From contig CAXXPJ010000003.1 of assembly GCA_963674775.2 (NCBI GenBank), positions 1,585,733 to 1,649,732 of the forward strand: 64,000 nt of DNA, given 5' to 3'. The position numbers were made by a program, and so were the translations under genes. Numbering within the stretch: position 1 is the stretch's first letter; every line of letters starts with the position of its first letter. The stretch is from Christensenellaceae bacterium (GTDB lineage: Bacteria; Bacillota; Clostridia; Christensenellales; CAG-138). Of the stretch, positions 54,801 to 64,000 are shown piece by piece. The notes under the pieces are model-generated. The model was not told the origin of the DNA. It saw only the letters and a program-made list of their open reading frames with translations, and ran no database searches.

Positions 54801-55922
54801 TTACGGATTGAGTCCCTTGAGCGCATCGGGTAGGAACACGCCGTCCTTGCGGATGAGCTTGCCGTCGAACCAGATCTCGCCGCCGCCGAACGCCTTGGTC
54901 TGGATGCAGACGATATCCAGGTGCAGCTGGCTCTTGTTGCCGTTGAACGCGTCGGCATAAGCACAGCCGGGCGTGAGGTGGAACGAGCCGCCGATCTTCT
55001 CGTCGTATAGCGTGTTGCCGATGGACTTGGTGACCGCGTTGTTCACGCCGATGGCGAACTCGCCGAGGTAGCGCGCGCCTTCGTCCGCATCCAGCATTTC
55101 GTTGAAGCCCGCAACGTCGCCGTCGCATCCGGCTTCGTCGATATGCCCGTTTTTAAAGACCAGGCGCGGGTTGTCAAACTTCTTGCCGTAGCGCATGGCG
55201 GGCGTGTTATACTGCACAACGCCGTTGGCGCTCTCGCGCACGGGCGCGGTATAGACCTCGCCGTCGGGGATGTTCAACTCGCCGTTGCAGGGCACGACGG
55301 GGATGTCCTTGATCGAGAACGTCAGATCCGTGCCGGGGCCGACGAGGCGCACCATGTCGGTCTTCTCCATGAGCTCGACGAGCGGCTCCATATCGCGGCC
55401 CATCTGCTCGTAATCGACCAGCGCGGCGGCGAGGAAGAACTCGAAAAAGTCATCGTAGCACATGCCGGCCTTCTGCGCGTCCGCCATGGTCGGCCAGTGC
55501 AGGTAGACCCAGCGGCGCTCGTCGATGATGCGGTCGCGAAGCGCGCGGCGCAGGTTGCGGTAATAGGTCATCGCGCGGGAATCGACGGCGGAGAGCTCCG
55601 CGTCGTTTTCGTCCACGCCGATGTCAACATGCGCAACGATATGATCCCAGTATTTCGTTTCCCATTCCAGCTGCGCGTCGATGGCGGGCTTGGATTGCTC
55701 GGGATGCTCGGGATCGATGAAGCCGAAGAACAGGCGGCTGATCTCATCGTCTGTGATTTTCGCAAACGGCACCGCGCCGATTGCGTGCGCCCGCTTTTGG
55801 AGCGCTTTGATCAGGGGCTTTGCGGGTATGCTGCCGTTGATTTCGAAGAGTTCGCCCTTCTTGAGCTTGAGGGAATAGTTTAACAATAGATCGGCCAGTC
55901 GTTCGAGCCGTTCGTCACGCAT
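54801..55922 (-). CDS. M29-family aminopeptidase (AmpS/PepS-like)
   Basis: MRDERLERLADLLLNYSLKLKKGE... and ..GEFAIGVN..., ..SQLHLDIV. Confidence 0.9.
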   Translation of the reverse strand: MRDERLERLADLLLNYSLKLKKGELFEINGSIPAKPLIKALQKRAHAIGAVPFAKITDDEISRLFFGFIDPEHPEQSKPAIDAQLEWETKYWDHIVAHVDIGVDENDAELSAVDSRAMTYYRNLRRALRDRIIDERRWVYLHWPTMADAQKAGMCYDDFFEFFLAAALVDYEQMGRDMEPLVELMEKTDMVRLVGPGTDLTFSIKDIPVVPCNGELNIPDGEVYTAPVRESANGVVQYNTPAMRYGKKFDNPRLVFKNGHIDEAGCDGDVAGFNEMLDADEGARYLGEFAIGVNNAVTKSIGNTLYDEKIGGSFHLTPGCAYADAFNGNKSQLHLDIVCIQTKAFGGGEIWFDGKLIRKDGVFLPDALKGLNP

Positions 55923-56082
55923 ACTGGTACCTCCTTATACACTCTGATCACTATTCTATAGCAAATATCGGTGGACTTCAACACCCAGAAACAGTATATA
56001 AAAAGAGCGCGGATGATGCATTCCGCGCTCCGAAGATTTTTGTATAATGTGTGTTTTGGCACAGCCAAAATCAACAATCCCC

Positions 56083-56778
56083 TCAGCGCCGCGAGCGGTT
56101 CGCCAGCGCGAGCAGCCGCAGGAAGCTGATGAGCGTCGCCACCGCCGCCCAGACGTAGGTCATCGCGGCCGCGTTAAGCACTTTCTTGGCGCCGTCGCTC
56201 TCCTCATAGGAGATGTAGTTGCCCTCCTCGAGCATCCGCAGTGCGCGCGCCGAAGCGTTGAACTCCACCGGCAGCGTCACGACCTGAAACACCAGCATCG
56301 CGCCAAAGAGCACAACGCCGATCATCGCGAGGTTGAAACTGCCCATGAAAAGCCCGAGGATCACGATCCAGGGTGCGGCAAAGGAGCCGATTCTGGCAAC
56401 GGGCATCACCGCGTTTCTCAGGCGGATGGGCGCGTAGCCCTCCTGATACTGCATCACATGGCCGATCTCATGCGCGGCGACCGCGATGGCGGCGACGCTG
56501 CTCTGACCGTACACCTGCGTGCTCAGGCCGACAACCCCGTTTCTCGGATCGAAATGGTCGGTCAGCGAACCCTGCACGGCGGTGATCTGGACGTCGCTGC
56601 CTGCACTGTACAGCAACCGCTGCGCGATATCCTCCGCGCGCAAGCCGGACGAAATCGGCGTCTGTGCGAATTTATTAAACGTGCGCTGCACCTTGCCCTG
56701 CGCGTAGAAGCTGATGCCCATGACGGCGAGCAGCAGGATTAGATAGATTCCGTCGCCCGAACCATAGCTGAAATACAT
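56083..56778 (-). CDS. Membrane zinc metallopeptidase (YugP-like, Zn_peptidase_2)
   Basis: HEIGHVMQ HExxH motif with flanking TM helices. Confidence 0.85.
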   Translation of the reverse strand: MYFSYGSGDGIYLILLLAVMGISFYAQGKVQRTFNKFAQTPISSGLRAEDIAQRLLYSAGSDVQITAVQGSLTDHFDPRNGVVGLSTQVYGQSSVAAIAVAAHEIGHVMQYQEGYAPIRLRNAVMPVARIGSFAAPWIVILGLFMGSFNLAMIGVVLFGAMLVFQVVTLPVEFNASARALRMLEEGNYISYEESDGAKKVLNAAAMTYVWAAVATLISFLRLLALANRSRR

Positions 56779-56992
56779 AGAAATTCTCCTCCAATAATAC
56801 TAACGAAAGTATACCATATCCTTCGATTTGGAAAAGGGGTTTTCCAGATCGTTTGCATTTCGACCAAAATTTGATCAAAATCGCTCCTGACGGCGGAAAA
56901 TACGCCGCAGGATAGGATTTAGGGCTTCTTTGCGCGGCAAAATGTGGTATACTATGCCTTAACCCAAATTTTCATGTGCGAGGTAGTTTTTT

Positions 56993-58372
56993 ATGGCGCT
57001 CAAACTCTCCCAAATCCAGAAATCGCCGGAATCGTATGTCGGCGCGGTGACCGTCAGCGGATGGGTCCGCACCGTACGAGAAGGCAAGACGCTCGGCTTC
57101 GTCGAACTCACGGACGGAAGCTGCTTTTCCCCGGTTCAGATCGTCTTTGAGCGCGACGATCGAAATTTGGGCGAAGGGCTTTCCACAGGCTGCGCAATCG
57201 CCGTTTCCGGCGAGCTGGTGCTCACACCGGACGCGCCGCAGCCGTTTGAGATCCGCGCGGAGGAGATCGCCATCGAAGGCGCCTGTCCAGCGGACTATCC
57301 GCTGCAGAAAAAGCGGCATACGCTGGAGTATCTGCGCACCATTCAGCATCTGCGCCCGAGAACGAACACCTTTCAGGCGACGTTCCGTGTGCGCTCCGTG
57401 GTTGCCGCTGCGATCCACGAGTTCTTTCAGCAGAACGGGTTTATATATGTACATACCCCGCTGATCACCGGTTCGGACTGCGAAGGCGCGGGCGAGATGT
57501 TCCAGGTGACCACGCTGCCTTTAAAGGAGATCCCGAAGGATAAGGACGGCAACGTCGATTTTTCGGGCGACTTCTTTGGTAAATCCGCCAACCTGACCGT
57601 TTCCGGCCAGCTCTACGGCGAGGCATTCGCTCTCGCGTTTCGGGATATCTACACCTTCGGCCCGACCTTCCGCGCGGAGTACAGCTTTACGGCGCGGCAC
57701 GCGGCGGAGTTCTGGATGATCGAACCCGAGATGGCGTTCTGCGATCTGGAAGGCGATATGGACGTCGCCGAGGCGATGATCAAATACATCATCAAAGCCG
57801 CGCTGGACCGCTGCCCGGCGGAGATGGAGTTCTTCAACAAGTTCATCGACAAGGGGCTTTTAGAGCGGCTGGACGTCGTGCTGAAAAACAACTTTGTGCG
57901 CCTGAGCTATACGGACGCCGTCGAGCAGCTGCTCAAGAGCGGCGCGGAGTTTAAGTACCCCGTCGGCTGGGGGCTGGAGCTGCAGACCGAGCACGAGCGC
58001 TACCTCACCGAGCAGATCTACAAATGCCCGGTGTTTGTGACGGACTATCCAAAGGATTTCAAGGCGTTTTACATGCGCCTCAACGACGACGGTAAGACCG
58101 TTGCCGCGGCGGACCTTCTGGTGCCGGGCGTGGGCGAGATCATCGGCGGCAGCCAACGCGAAGAGCGGATGGATATGATCGAAAAACGCATTGCGGAACT
58201 CGGCATGGACATGAGTCAGTACGGCTGGTATCTGGAGCTGCGTAAATACGGCGGCGTGAAGCACGCGGGCTTCGGCCTCGGCTTCGAGCGGATTATCATG
58301 TATCTAACGGGGATGCAGAACATCCGGGACGTGGTGCCGTTCCCGCGCACGACCAGCAACATGGAGATGTGA
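56993..58372 (+). CDS. asnS: Asparagine--tRNA ligase
   Basis: 459 aa with an OB-fold N-terminus and class II motifs, including ..[10 protein letters not shown].. and ..GFGLGFERI. Confidence 0.95.
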   Translation: MALKLSQIQKSPESYVGAVTVSGWVRTVREGKTLGFVELTDGSCFSPVQIVFERDDRNLGEGLSTGCAIAVSGELVLTPDAPQPFEIRAEEIAIEGACPADYPLQKKRHTLEYLRTIQHLRPRTNTFQATFRVRSVVAAAIHEFFQQNGFIYVHTPLITGSDCEGAGEMFQVTTLPLKEIPKDKDGNVDFSGDFFGKSANLTVSGQLYGEAFALAFRDIYTFGPTFRAEYSFTARHAAEFWMIEPEMAFCDLEGDMDVAEAMIKYIIKAALDRCPAEMEFFNKFIDKGLLERLDVVLKNNFVRLSYTDAVEQLLKSGAEFKYPVGWGLELQTEHERYLTEQIYKCPVFVTDYPKDFKAFYMRLNDDGKTVAAADLLVPGVGEIIGGSQREERMDMIEKRIAELGMDMSQYGWYLELRKYGGVKHAGFGLGFERIIMYLTGMQNIRDVVPFPRTTSNMEM

Positions 58373-58377
58373 CCAAA

Positions 58378-58410
58378 CAAACCCCGCCTTCCGGCGGGGT
58401 TATTCTTTTG
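58378..58410 (+). terminator. Intrinsic terminator after asnS
   Basis: AACCCCGCC-TTCC-GGCGGGGTT followed by ATTCTTTT. Confidence 0.75.
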
Positions 58411-58516
58411 CAGGTATATGCTGTTGTGGTACAATGACAACATGTAAAACGACAGAGGAGTGTTTGCCGAGGGCACGATACGGCGCAGGCGGCGAGCACA
58501 CGACAGGGAGGCTTTG

Positions 58517-59736
58517 ATGAAACGTACAAAACGGTTGGCAGCAGCGCTTTTATCAATTGTGCTCTGCGCAATATTTTTGCTCACCGGTTGCGGTGCGCCT
58601 GCGAATAGTGCGCCCGTGAACACAGCGCCCGTGACCACCCAGACCGCGGCGGCAGAGGAGCCGACGCTCAAACAGCAAATCGAGGACGTCATGCAGGTGA
58701 AGCTGCGCGCGCTGGAAACGCAGGACTATGACCTCTATCTGTCCACAGTGACGCAAAACGACACCTATTACTATAACGAGCAGGCGCGTTGGTATGCGGA
58801 GATGGTCCAGCCGGTGATTCGCGATGTCATGCTTCAGGTCATGTTCGTCAAACCGCTCGATGAAACCTCGCTTGAGGCGACGATTCACCAAACGCACACC
58901 GGAAACGGCGAGGATTTCGACTTCACTTATCCGCTGTTGTTCAAGCTCGATAACGGCGAATGGAAAGATTACGGCTACAACTTTGAAAGCATCGAGCGGC
59001 CCGGTTATACGCTCAAATACATGCCGGGAGAGCCGCGCGCGGAAGCGTTCATCGAAATGATCGACACCGCGTATCAAAATCTGGATACGGTATTCACCCA
59101 GAAGGCGGACGAGCAGTTTGTCATCAAGCTCTACTGGGACCGGGAGATGCTGCGGCAGAGGACGATCCCCTCGGTTGAGTGGCTCTTCACGGGGTGGGGA
59201 GAGCCGAACGAATCGCTCAAGCTGTATTCCGGCCATCCGGAGATCAAAGGATATCAGGGCACCATTCAGCATGAACTCGTCCATCATATTACGATCAAAA
59301 TCTGCAACAACAATCTCTCCGATTGGCTGCTGGAGGGAACGGCGGTCTATTACGGAAATGCGTATTACGACTATTCCCTTTCAAGCTCGCTGGCAATTTG
59401 AAAAAGGACAACCTGCGGCAGACCATCGACGAGCTGAACGCGACGGACCTCTACCACCCGAACAGCCAGGAGGAAGTCTGGGACTGGTATAACACGGGGT
59501 TTGCGTATGTGGCATATCTTGTTGAGACATATGGACACGACACGTTCATGGAGCTCTATGATGAAGCCGGAAAAAAGTCGTTTAACGACAGCGTGACAAA
59601 CGCATCCTTCAAGGATGACAACATCGCGACGACGCGCGAGGCGCTGGAATCGGTGCTTGGAATCACGCCGGAGCAGCTTTCGCAGGACTATATCGCCTGG
59701 CTGGAAACGACGACGTTTTTTGGAGATAGCAAATAA
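58517..59736 (+). pseudogene. Lipoprotein HExxH (MA-clan-like) peptidase, frameshifted
   Basis: Lipobox LLTGCGA and HELVHH motif. Frame A stops at 59401 and the sequence continues in frame B (..NLKKDNLRQTIDELNATDLY..YLVETYGHDTF..) to 59736. The shift lies near the CCC/TTT runs at 59372-59386. Confidence 0.65.
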
Positions 59737-59791
59737 TTGAACCAACGGGTGTTGATTCAACGCTATATGTATGAATGGCATAGCAACAATG

Positions 59792-59817
59792 GAAGCCGCT
59801 TTGCGCGGCTTCTTTTT
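59792..59817 (+). terminator. Intrinsic terminator
   Basis: GAAGCCGC-TTTG-CGCGGCTTC followed by TTTTT. Confidence 0.8.
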
Positions 59818-59963
59818 GCACAGACATGGAAGAAAAACCAAATTCATCTATTATCATATTTTTTCTGCCAAAATAACAAATGGATTCGAAGGTTTGACGA
59901 AATATAATTAAAGTAGTAGTGTTTTTCCGATTAAAAACAATGTAATAGGGGACGGGGGTAACT

Positions 59964-60893
59964 ATGATTTGTCGTAATTGCAACGCTGAATTCAACGGGA
60001 AATTTTGCCCGAATTGCGGAACTCCTGCCGAAGGCAGGCAGACACCATTCACACCGGGCGGCTCAGGTGAACAGCAAAAACCACCGAAAAAACCGATTAC
60101 AAAACGCTGGTGGTTCTGGGCTATCGCCGCGGTTCTTGCTATCGCGCTGATCGGAAATCTTGGAGGAAACAACGATAAGCAGCAGGATACTACCGTGACA
60201 CAGATGGACGCCGCGGTAATAGATGAGCCCGTGGCCGAGGCGAAAGAAGCGGCTGCCGCGCCAGATCCCACGCAGATGCCAACGCCTACGCCAACACAGG
60301 CACCGACACCAGAGCCAACGATCGATCTGTCCGCGGTGGCGACGGAATATACACTCACAGCTGGAAACTATACCGCAGGAGTCGATATCCCTGCCGGACG
60401 GTGCAACGTGATTGCCGTGAAGGGACAGGGGAATGTGAACAGCTCCAACATGTTCAGCGGTGGTATGAACGAAGTGTTTGGCGTGAACGACGGAACAGAT
60501 TTTTACACGGAAGAATTCAATGGACTGAAGTTGCCGGAGGGCACGGTATTAACCGTCGGCGGCTCCGTTACAATCCAGCTGTCATATAACAGCATAGAGA
60601 GTGGCGTTTCCGGCAGGATGTATGACGAAGCGAATGCGATTACGCTGAAAACAGGCAATTATCAAGCGGGGTTAGACTTTCCCGCCGGCGTGTATACTGT
60701 TGTTGCGGTATCGGGCAGCGGAAATCTCTCGTCGGATAACATGTTTGACGGCGGTTTGAATGAGATGTTCGGCATCGACGACGGATACGGCTGGTACACG
60801 GAGAGATTCGACAATGTCGAGTTGCCTGAAGGAACAGAGTTATCTGTAAGTGGCGGTGTGACCATTCAGCTGATTCCGGTGATTATCAACTAA
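59964..60893 (+). CDS. Zinc-ribbon / single-TM protein with two tandem ~80-aa extracellular repeats
   Basis: MICRNCNAEFNGKFCPNCG, TM helix WWFWAIAAVLAIALIG, PT linker. Repeats TLTAGNYTAGVDIPAGRC..VTIQL and TLKTGNYQAGLDFPAGVY..VTIQL. SD GGGGACGGGGG. Confidence 0.7.
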   Translation: MICRNCNAEFNGKFCPNCGTPAEGRQTPFTPGGSGEQQKPPKKPITKRWWFWAIAAVLAIALIGNLGGNNDKQQDTTVTQMDAAVIDEPVAEAKEAAAAPDPTQMPTPTPTQAPTPEPTIDLSAVATEYTLTAGNYTAGVDIPAGRCNVIAVKGQGNVNSSNMFSGGMNEVFGVNDGTDFYTEEFNGLKLPEGTVLTVGGSVTIQLSYNSIESGVSGRMYDEANAITLKTGNYQAGLDFPAGVYTVVAVSGSGNLSSDNMFDGGLNEMFGIDDGYGWYTERFDNVELPEGTELSVSGGVTIQLIPVIIN

Positions 60894-60973
60894 CAGTTCT
60901 ATATCAAGCGAAACGCATAATAAAGGAGTCGGATGATGAAAAACCGGCTCCATTTTTTATATTCTATATGTTG

Positions 60974-61249
60974 TCACTTCGGCGGTCGCTGGTTGTTTTT
61001 GTTGATCTTCTTCCAGCGCGCCGCCTCCTCCGCGCGCATGCGCATGTGCTTTGCGTGCTTGCGGTTGTCCGCGATGGTAGCAATCGCGAGCACGATCACC
61101 CACAGGCAGAACAGAAAGATGAACACGCTCGTGAGTTTGCTCGTCAAAAACCCCATGGCGGGGTTGTACTGGTTTAGTATCGTCAGCGTGATGAACACGC
61201 CCGCAAAAATAATGGAAAGATGCGCAAATACGCTTCGCAGCGATCTCAT
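60974..61249 (-). CDS. Small two-TM membrane protein with a basic C-terminal tail
   Basis: 91 aa. SD AGAGGAAG lies 7 nt upstream. It sits directly downstream of the NAGPA gene. Confidence 0.55.
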   Translation of the reverse strand: MRSLRSVFAHLSIIFAGVFITLTILNQYNPAMGFLTSKLTSVFIFLFCLWVIVLAIATIADNRKHAKHMRMRAEEAARWKKINKNNQRPPK

Positions 61250-61302
61250 GAAAAAAACTTCCTCTCTGCCGCTTGCCGCGGGTACAATCCGGTCAATCGC
61301 GC

Positions 61303-62322
61303 TTATTGCGGCGCGTCCCCGCCGAAATAGACAATGTCGCTGATCTCGCGCCCGCCCTTGTACGGCTGGCCGACGACCTGACCCTGGAACACCATCATGA
61401 CGGACTGGCCGCCGTCCAGGTTATACGCGTCGACACAGCCGAGGTCGATCATGGCCTGGGCGAGCTCGTCGAGCGTCATGCCGCGCGAGTAGTCGCCCTG
61501 GCGCCCGTCGACGGTGACGAGGCAATAGTGTCCGGGTTCGTAATATCCGAGTGCCGCGCGGGGTGAATGATCCCCGATGATCACGCTGGTGGAATTATAG
61601 CTTTGCGGAATCTGGCCGTTGTCGATGAGCTTCGGCCCGAAGGACCAGGCCTGATACGCGCCGCGCGCAACGGCCTCATCCAGGTTGAAATCCGACTCGT
61701 AATAGCTCTCCATCACGCCGTCGGCATATAGAACGCAGACGTCCCCGCCGGTCGTGTCGCGATAGAGATTGCCGTTGCGGATCACAATGCCGGACGAGGT
61801 TGAGCCGCAGGAGTCGCCCGAGATGGCGAGGATTGCATTGACTTTGCTCGCCATGGAGCTGGGCATGGAGTAGCCGCCCTTGAACTTGCTGCCGGAAAAT
61901 GCGGTGCGGTACTCCTGGATGTTGCGAATCCATACGTCGGCAACGAAATACACCGTTTCTTCAGTGTGGTGCTCGGTGATCACGATGCGGAGGTTCTCGT
62001 CCGCATAGGTTCCAACGGCGTTCTCGGCGTTAAGCTCTCCGGTTGGGAATGTCGCGGAGAAATCACCCGGCGCGGGGGTCGGGGTTGGATCGGGTGTTGG
62101 GATGACGGATTCCGCCGTGGCGGAGGGGCCGGGCGTCGGCTCGGGCGCAGCGGTCGCGGAGACGGGCGCCGGCGTATCGCCGAACACGATGCTCTGCAGC
62201 GGTTGGCCGCCATCCGACGGAAGGTAAAACAGAAACAGCGCGTATATGCCCAGCGCGGCGCCGATACCCAGCAGATCCAGCAGGACCACGAGTATGGCGG
62301 GCAGCGGTTTTCTATGACGCAT
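61303..62322 (-). CDS. TM-anchored NAGPA-type phosphodiester glycosidase
   Basis: N-terminal TM helix, PT linker, then ..FGPKLIDNG..SPRAALGY..AYNLDGGQSVMMVF. ATG 62322 has SD GGAAAGGA. Confidence 0.85.
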   Translation of the reverse strand: MRHRKPLPAILVVLLDLLGIGAALGIYALFLFYLPSDGGQPLQSIVFGDTPAPVSATAAPEPTPGPSATAESVIPTPDPTPTPAPGDFSATFPTGELNAENAVGTYADENLRIVITEHHTEETVYFVADVWIRNIQEYRTAFSGSKFKGGYSMPSSMASKVNAILAISGDSCGSTSSGIVIRNGNLYRDTTGGDVCVLYADGVMESYYESDFNLDEAVARGAYQAWSFGPKLIDNGQIPQSYNSTSVIIGDHSPRAALGYYEPGHYCLVTVDGRQGDYSRGMTLDELAQAMIDLGCVDAYNLDGGQSVMMVFQGQVVGQPYKGGREISDIVYFGGDAPQ

Positions 62323-62541
62323 AGGGTGTCCTTTCCGGGGCAGTACGGCATGATGCCGAAGAATCCGATAATCGATACTTGATGATAGTCCTGCCGAGGG
62401 GTAAAAGCAAGAACGCCCGACGAAATACAACAGTAAATTCACAAGCGCGAAATTCCGCCGCCATAAACGGAAAGAAACCGCCGGGTGAACCCGGCGGTTT
62501 CGATACGGTTACTGTGTAATTGCTGAAATGATGATTGTATG

Positions 62542-63261
62542 TTATTCGGCAATCGACAATGCTACTTTCATCATGTCGTGGAAAGCTGTCTGGCGCTCCT
62601 CCGCCGTTGTGACCGCGCCGCCGATGAGCAGGTCGGAAATCGTGCAGATGGCCAGTGCCTTCTTGCCCGCGCGCGCAGCGTTCATATACAGCGCGGCGGC
62701 TTCCATCTCGACGGCGAGCACGCCGAGCTTGGCCCATTCCAGTGTGCCATCAAGGCCCTTTTCAGAATAGAACACGTCGCTCGAGAGAATGTTGCCGACC
62801 TTGAAGTTCAGGCCGCGCTTTTCGCACTCGTCCACCGCGCGGCGCAGCGTGCCGTAGTCCGCGATGGGCGCGAAGTTGCCGGTCAGCCCGTACTGCGAAA
62901 AATAGGCGGAGTTGGTGCAGGCGCCCTGCCCCAGCACGATGTCGAAGAGATTGAGGTCGGGATGCATGCCGCCCGCCGAGCCGATGCGGATGATGGTCTC
63001 AACGCCAAAGAAGTTGAACAGCTCATACGAATAGATGCCCATGCTCGGCATACCCATGCCGCTGGCCATGACGGAGACGCGCTTGCCCTCAAACGTGCCG
63101 GTATATCCCTGAATACCGCGTACGTTGTTGACGAGTTCGTAGTCGGTTAAATAGGTCTCGGCGATGTGCTTTGCGCGGAGCGGGTCGCCGGGCATTAAAA
63201 CGGTCTTTGCAAAATCTTCCGGGCTGCAGCCGATGTGCGGGGTCATATTTGCGGATTTCAT
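62542..63261 (-). CDS. deoD: Purine nucleoside phosphorylase
   Basis: ..TPHIGCSPEDFAKTVLMPGDPLRAKHIAETYL...NNVRG..GMGMPS closely parallels E. coli DeoD. Confidence 0.94.
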   Translation of the reverse strand: MKSANMTPHIGCSPEDFAKTVLMPGDPLRAKHIAETYLTDYELVNNVRGIQGYTGTFEGKRVSVMASGMGMPSMGIYSYELFNFFGVETIIRIGSAGGMHPDLNLFDIVLGQGACTNSAYFSQYGLTGNFAPIADYGTLRRAVDECEKRGLNFKVGNILSSDVFYSEKGLDGTLEWAKLGVLAVEMEAAALYMNAARAGKKALAICTISDLLIGGAVTTAEERQTAFHDMMKVALSIAE

Positions 63262-63341
63262 AGAACACCTCCGAAAAAGTTATTGTGATATGTATAGCAT
63301 CGAACAAAAAGAGTATATCATGTTTTTTTGTTTGGTGGCGC

Positions 63342-63372
63342 AAAAAAAAAGAGGCAGCCGCTCAGGCTGCCT
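63342..63372 (-). terminator. Intrinsic terminator after the ATP-grasp gene
   Basis: AGGCAGCC-TGAG-CGGCTGCCT followed by T9 on the minus strand. Confidence 0.8.
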
Positions 63373-63423
63373 GCGGGACTGTTCGATTGATACCCGCCAA
63401 CAGGCGGCAATGCGCCTGCGCTG

Positions 63424-64000
63424 TCATGAAAACGCACCGGGAAAATAGCGTTTCAAATCGATCCAGTTTCCAAGCACATCATCCCATTCAACGGGGTGAA
63501 ACTCCTCCAACCCGCTGCCGGGATAGAGTGTGATTTCACCAAAATAAACACGGCCGTTGATCTCGTAGAGATCGATACGGGTAAACGGAAGCCCTGCGGA
63601 GAGCCGCTCCGCAACGCGGACCATCTCCTCATATTGTGCGGGACGGGGCAGTTCGCCCGGGTCGGAGTGATAGTGTCGCTCAAACGGAAGCCGGTTCCAG
63701 TCGGGGTCGAAGAACGTTACGTTCAGCTCGCTTCCCGCGAACCGGTTGGAGCACACGAACGCACAGCGATGCTCGCCGCCGAACATCATAAACTTGTAGT
63801 CCTTCAGCTCGTCGTCGGAGCCGTTTTCCATATACTGCTCCGCGATGATCCGCGGGCGGATGTTTTGATAGGGCCATTCGCGGCCGCCCCAATAGTAGTT
63901 GCGGCGCAGGGACGCTTCTATCTTCTGCCTTGCCGCTTTCCGGTCCAGCGCCGCTTTGTCGCGGCAGACGACGACGCCGCCGCTGTCGTGCGTGCATTTG
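63424..64000 (-). CDS. TupA-like ATP-grasp protein, C-terminal part (5' end outside window)
   Basis: The frame is open to the window edge: ..KCTHDSGGVVVCRD...RIIAEQYMENGSD.LKDYKFMMFGGE...RIDLYEINGRVYFGEITLYPGSG. Confidence 0.8.
   Translation of the reverse strand, partial: KCTHDSGGVVVCRDKAALDRKAARQKIEASLRRNYYWGGREWPYQNIRPRIIAEQYMENGSDDELKDYKFMMFGGEHRCAFVCSNRFAGSELNVTFFDPDWNRLPFERHYHSDPGELPRPAQYEEMVRVAERLSAGLPFTRIDLYEINGRVYFGEITLYPGSGLEEFHPVEWDDVLGNWIDLKRYFPGAFS

Noticed and set aside
56779-56992. T-box riboswitch upstream of asnS
   Set aside because: The best promoter (TGgTATACT, extended -10) leaves only a ~45-nt leader with an ordinary SD. No T-box motif or terminator is present.

Overview
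The window is a 64-kb segment of high-GC chromosome. GC was judged by eye, not computed. Gene content and synteny look Firmicutes/Clostridia-like: prmA-rsmE-mtaB-HIT, comEC-holA, GlpP antiterminator, YtrA-type GntR plus ABC, yxlEFG-like module. I support about 62 protein-coding genes and one tRNA (Gly-CCC, immediately upstream of a stand-alone tuf). I recognise no rRNA, CRISPR array, transposase, integrase, phage gene or known defence gene, so this is mostly core genome.

Housekeeping genes: lgt (partial), mtaB, rsmE, prmA, holA, uvrB, typA, tuf, glpK, rsmA, asnS, deoD, malic enzyme, several peptidases and three ABC modules.

Things worth a second look:
1. A 12-kb block (35.9-47.9 kb) encodes only extracytoplasmic or polytopic envelope proteins. 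It holds two CapA-like proteins, two large paralogous fusions (signal peptide, N-domain, LmbE-like region, central TM hairpin, Pro/Thr linker, NAGPA-type phosphodiester glycosidase), a GT14 Branch-type transferase, an O-antigen-ligase-like protein and an LRR lipoprotein. It has no biosynthetic core genes. A third NAGPA protein lies at 61.3 kb.
2. A dense DnaA-box cluster sits between comEC and holA.
3. Six genes share a promoter geometry in which a -10 hexamer lies 5-7 nt upstream of the ATG and no Shine-Dalgarno sequence is present, suggesting leaderless mRNAs.
4. Three genes (HIT, a membrane protein, tuf) are followed by a relic tandem copy of their own 3' end.
5. A roughly 150-nt hairpin-rich leader lies between a near-consensus promoter and tRNA-Gly/tuf.
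6. Two genes (comEC and a lipoprotein HExxH peptidase) are frameshifted at short homopolymers. These may be true pseudogenes or assembly indels.

All family assignments come from motif recognition by eye. No HMM or BLAST search was run.
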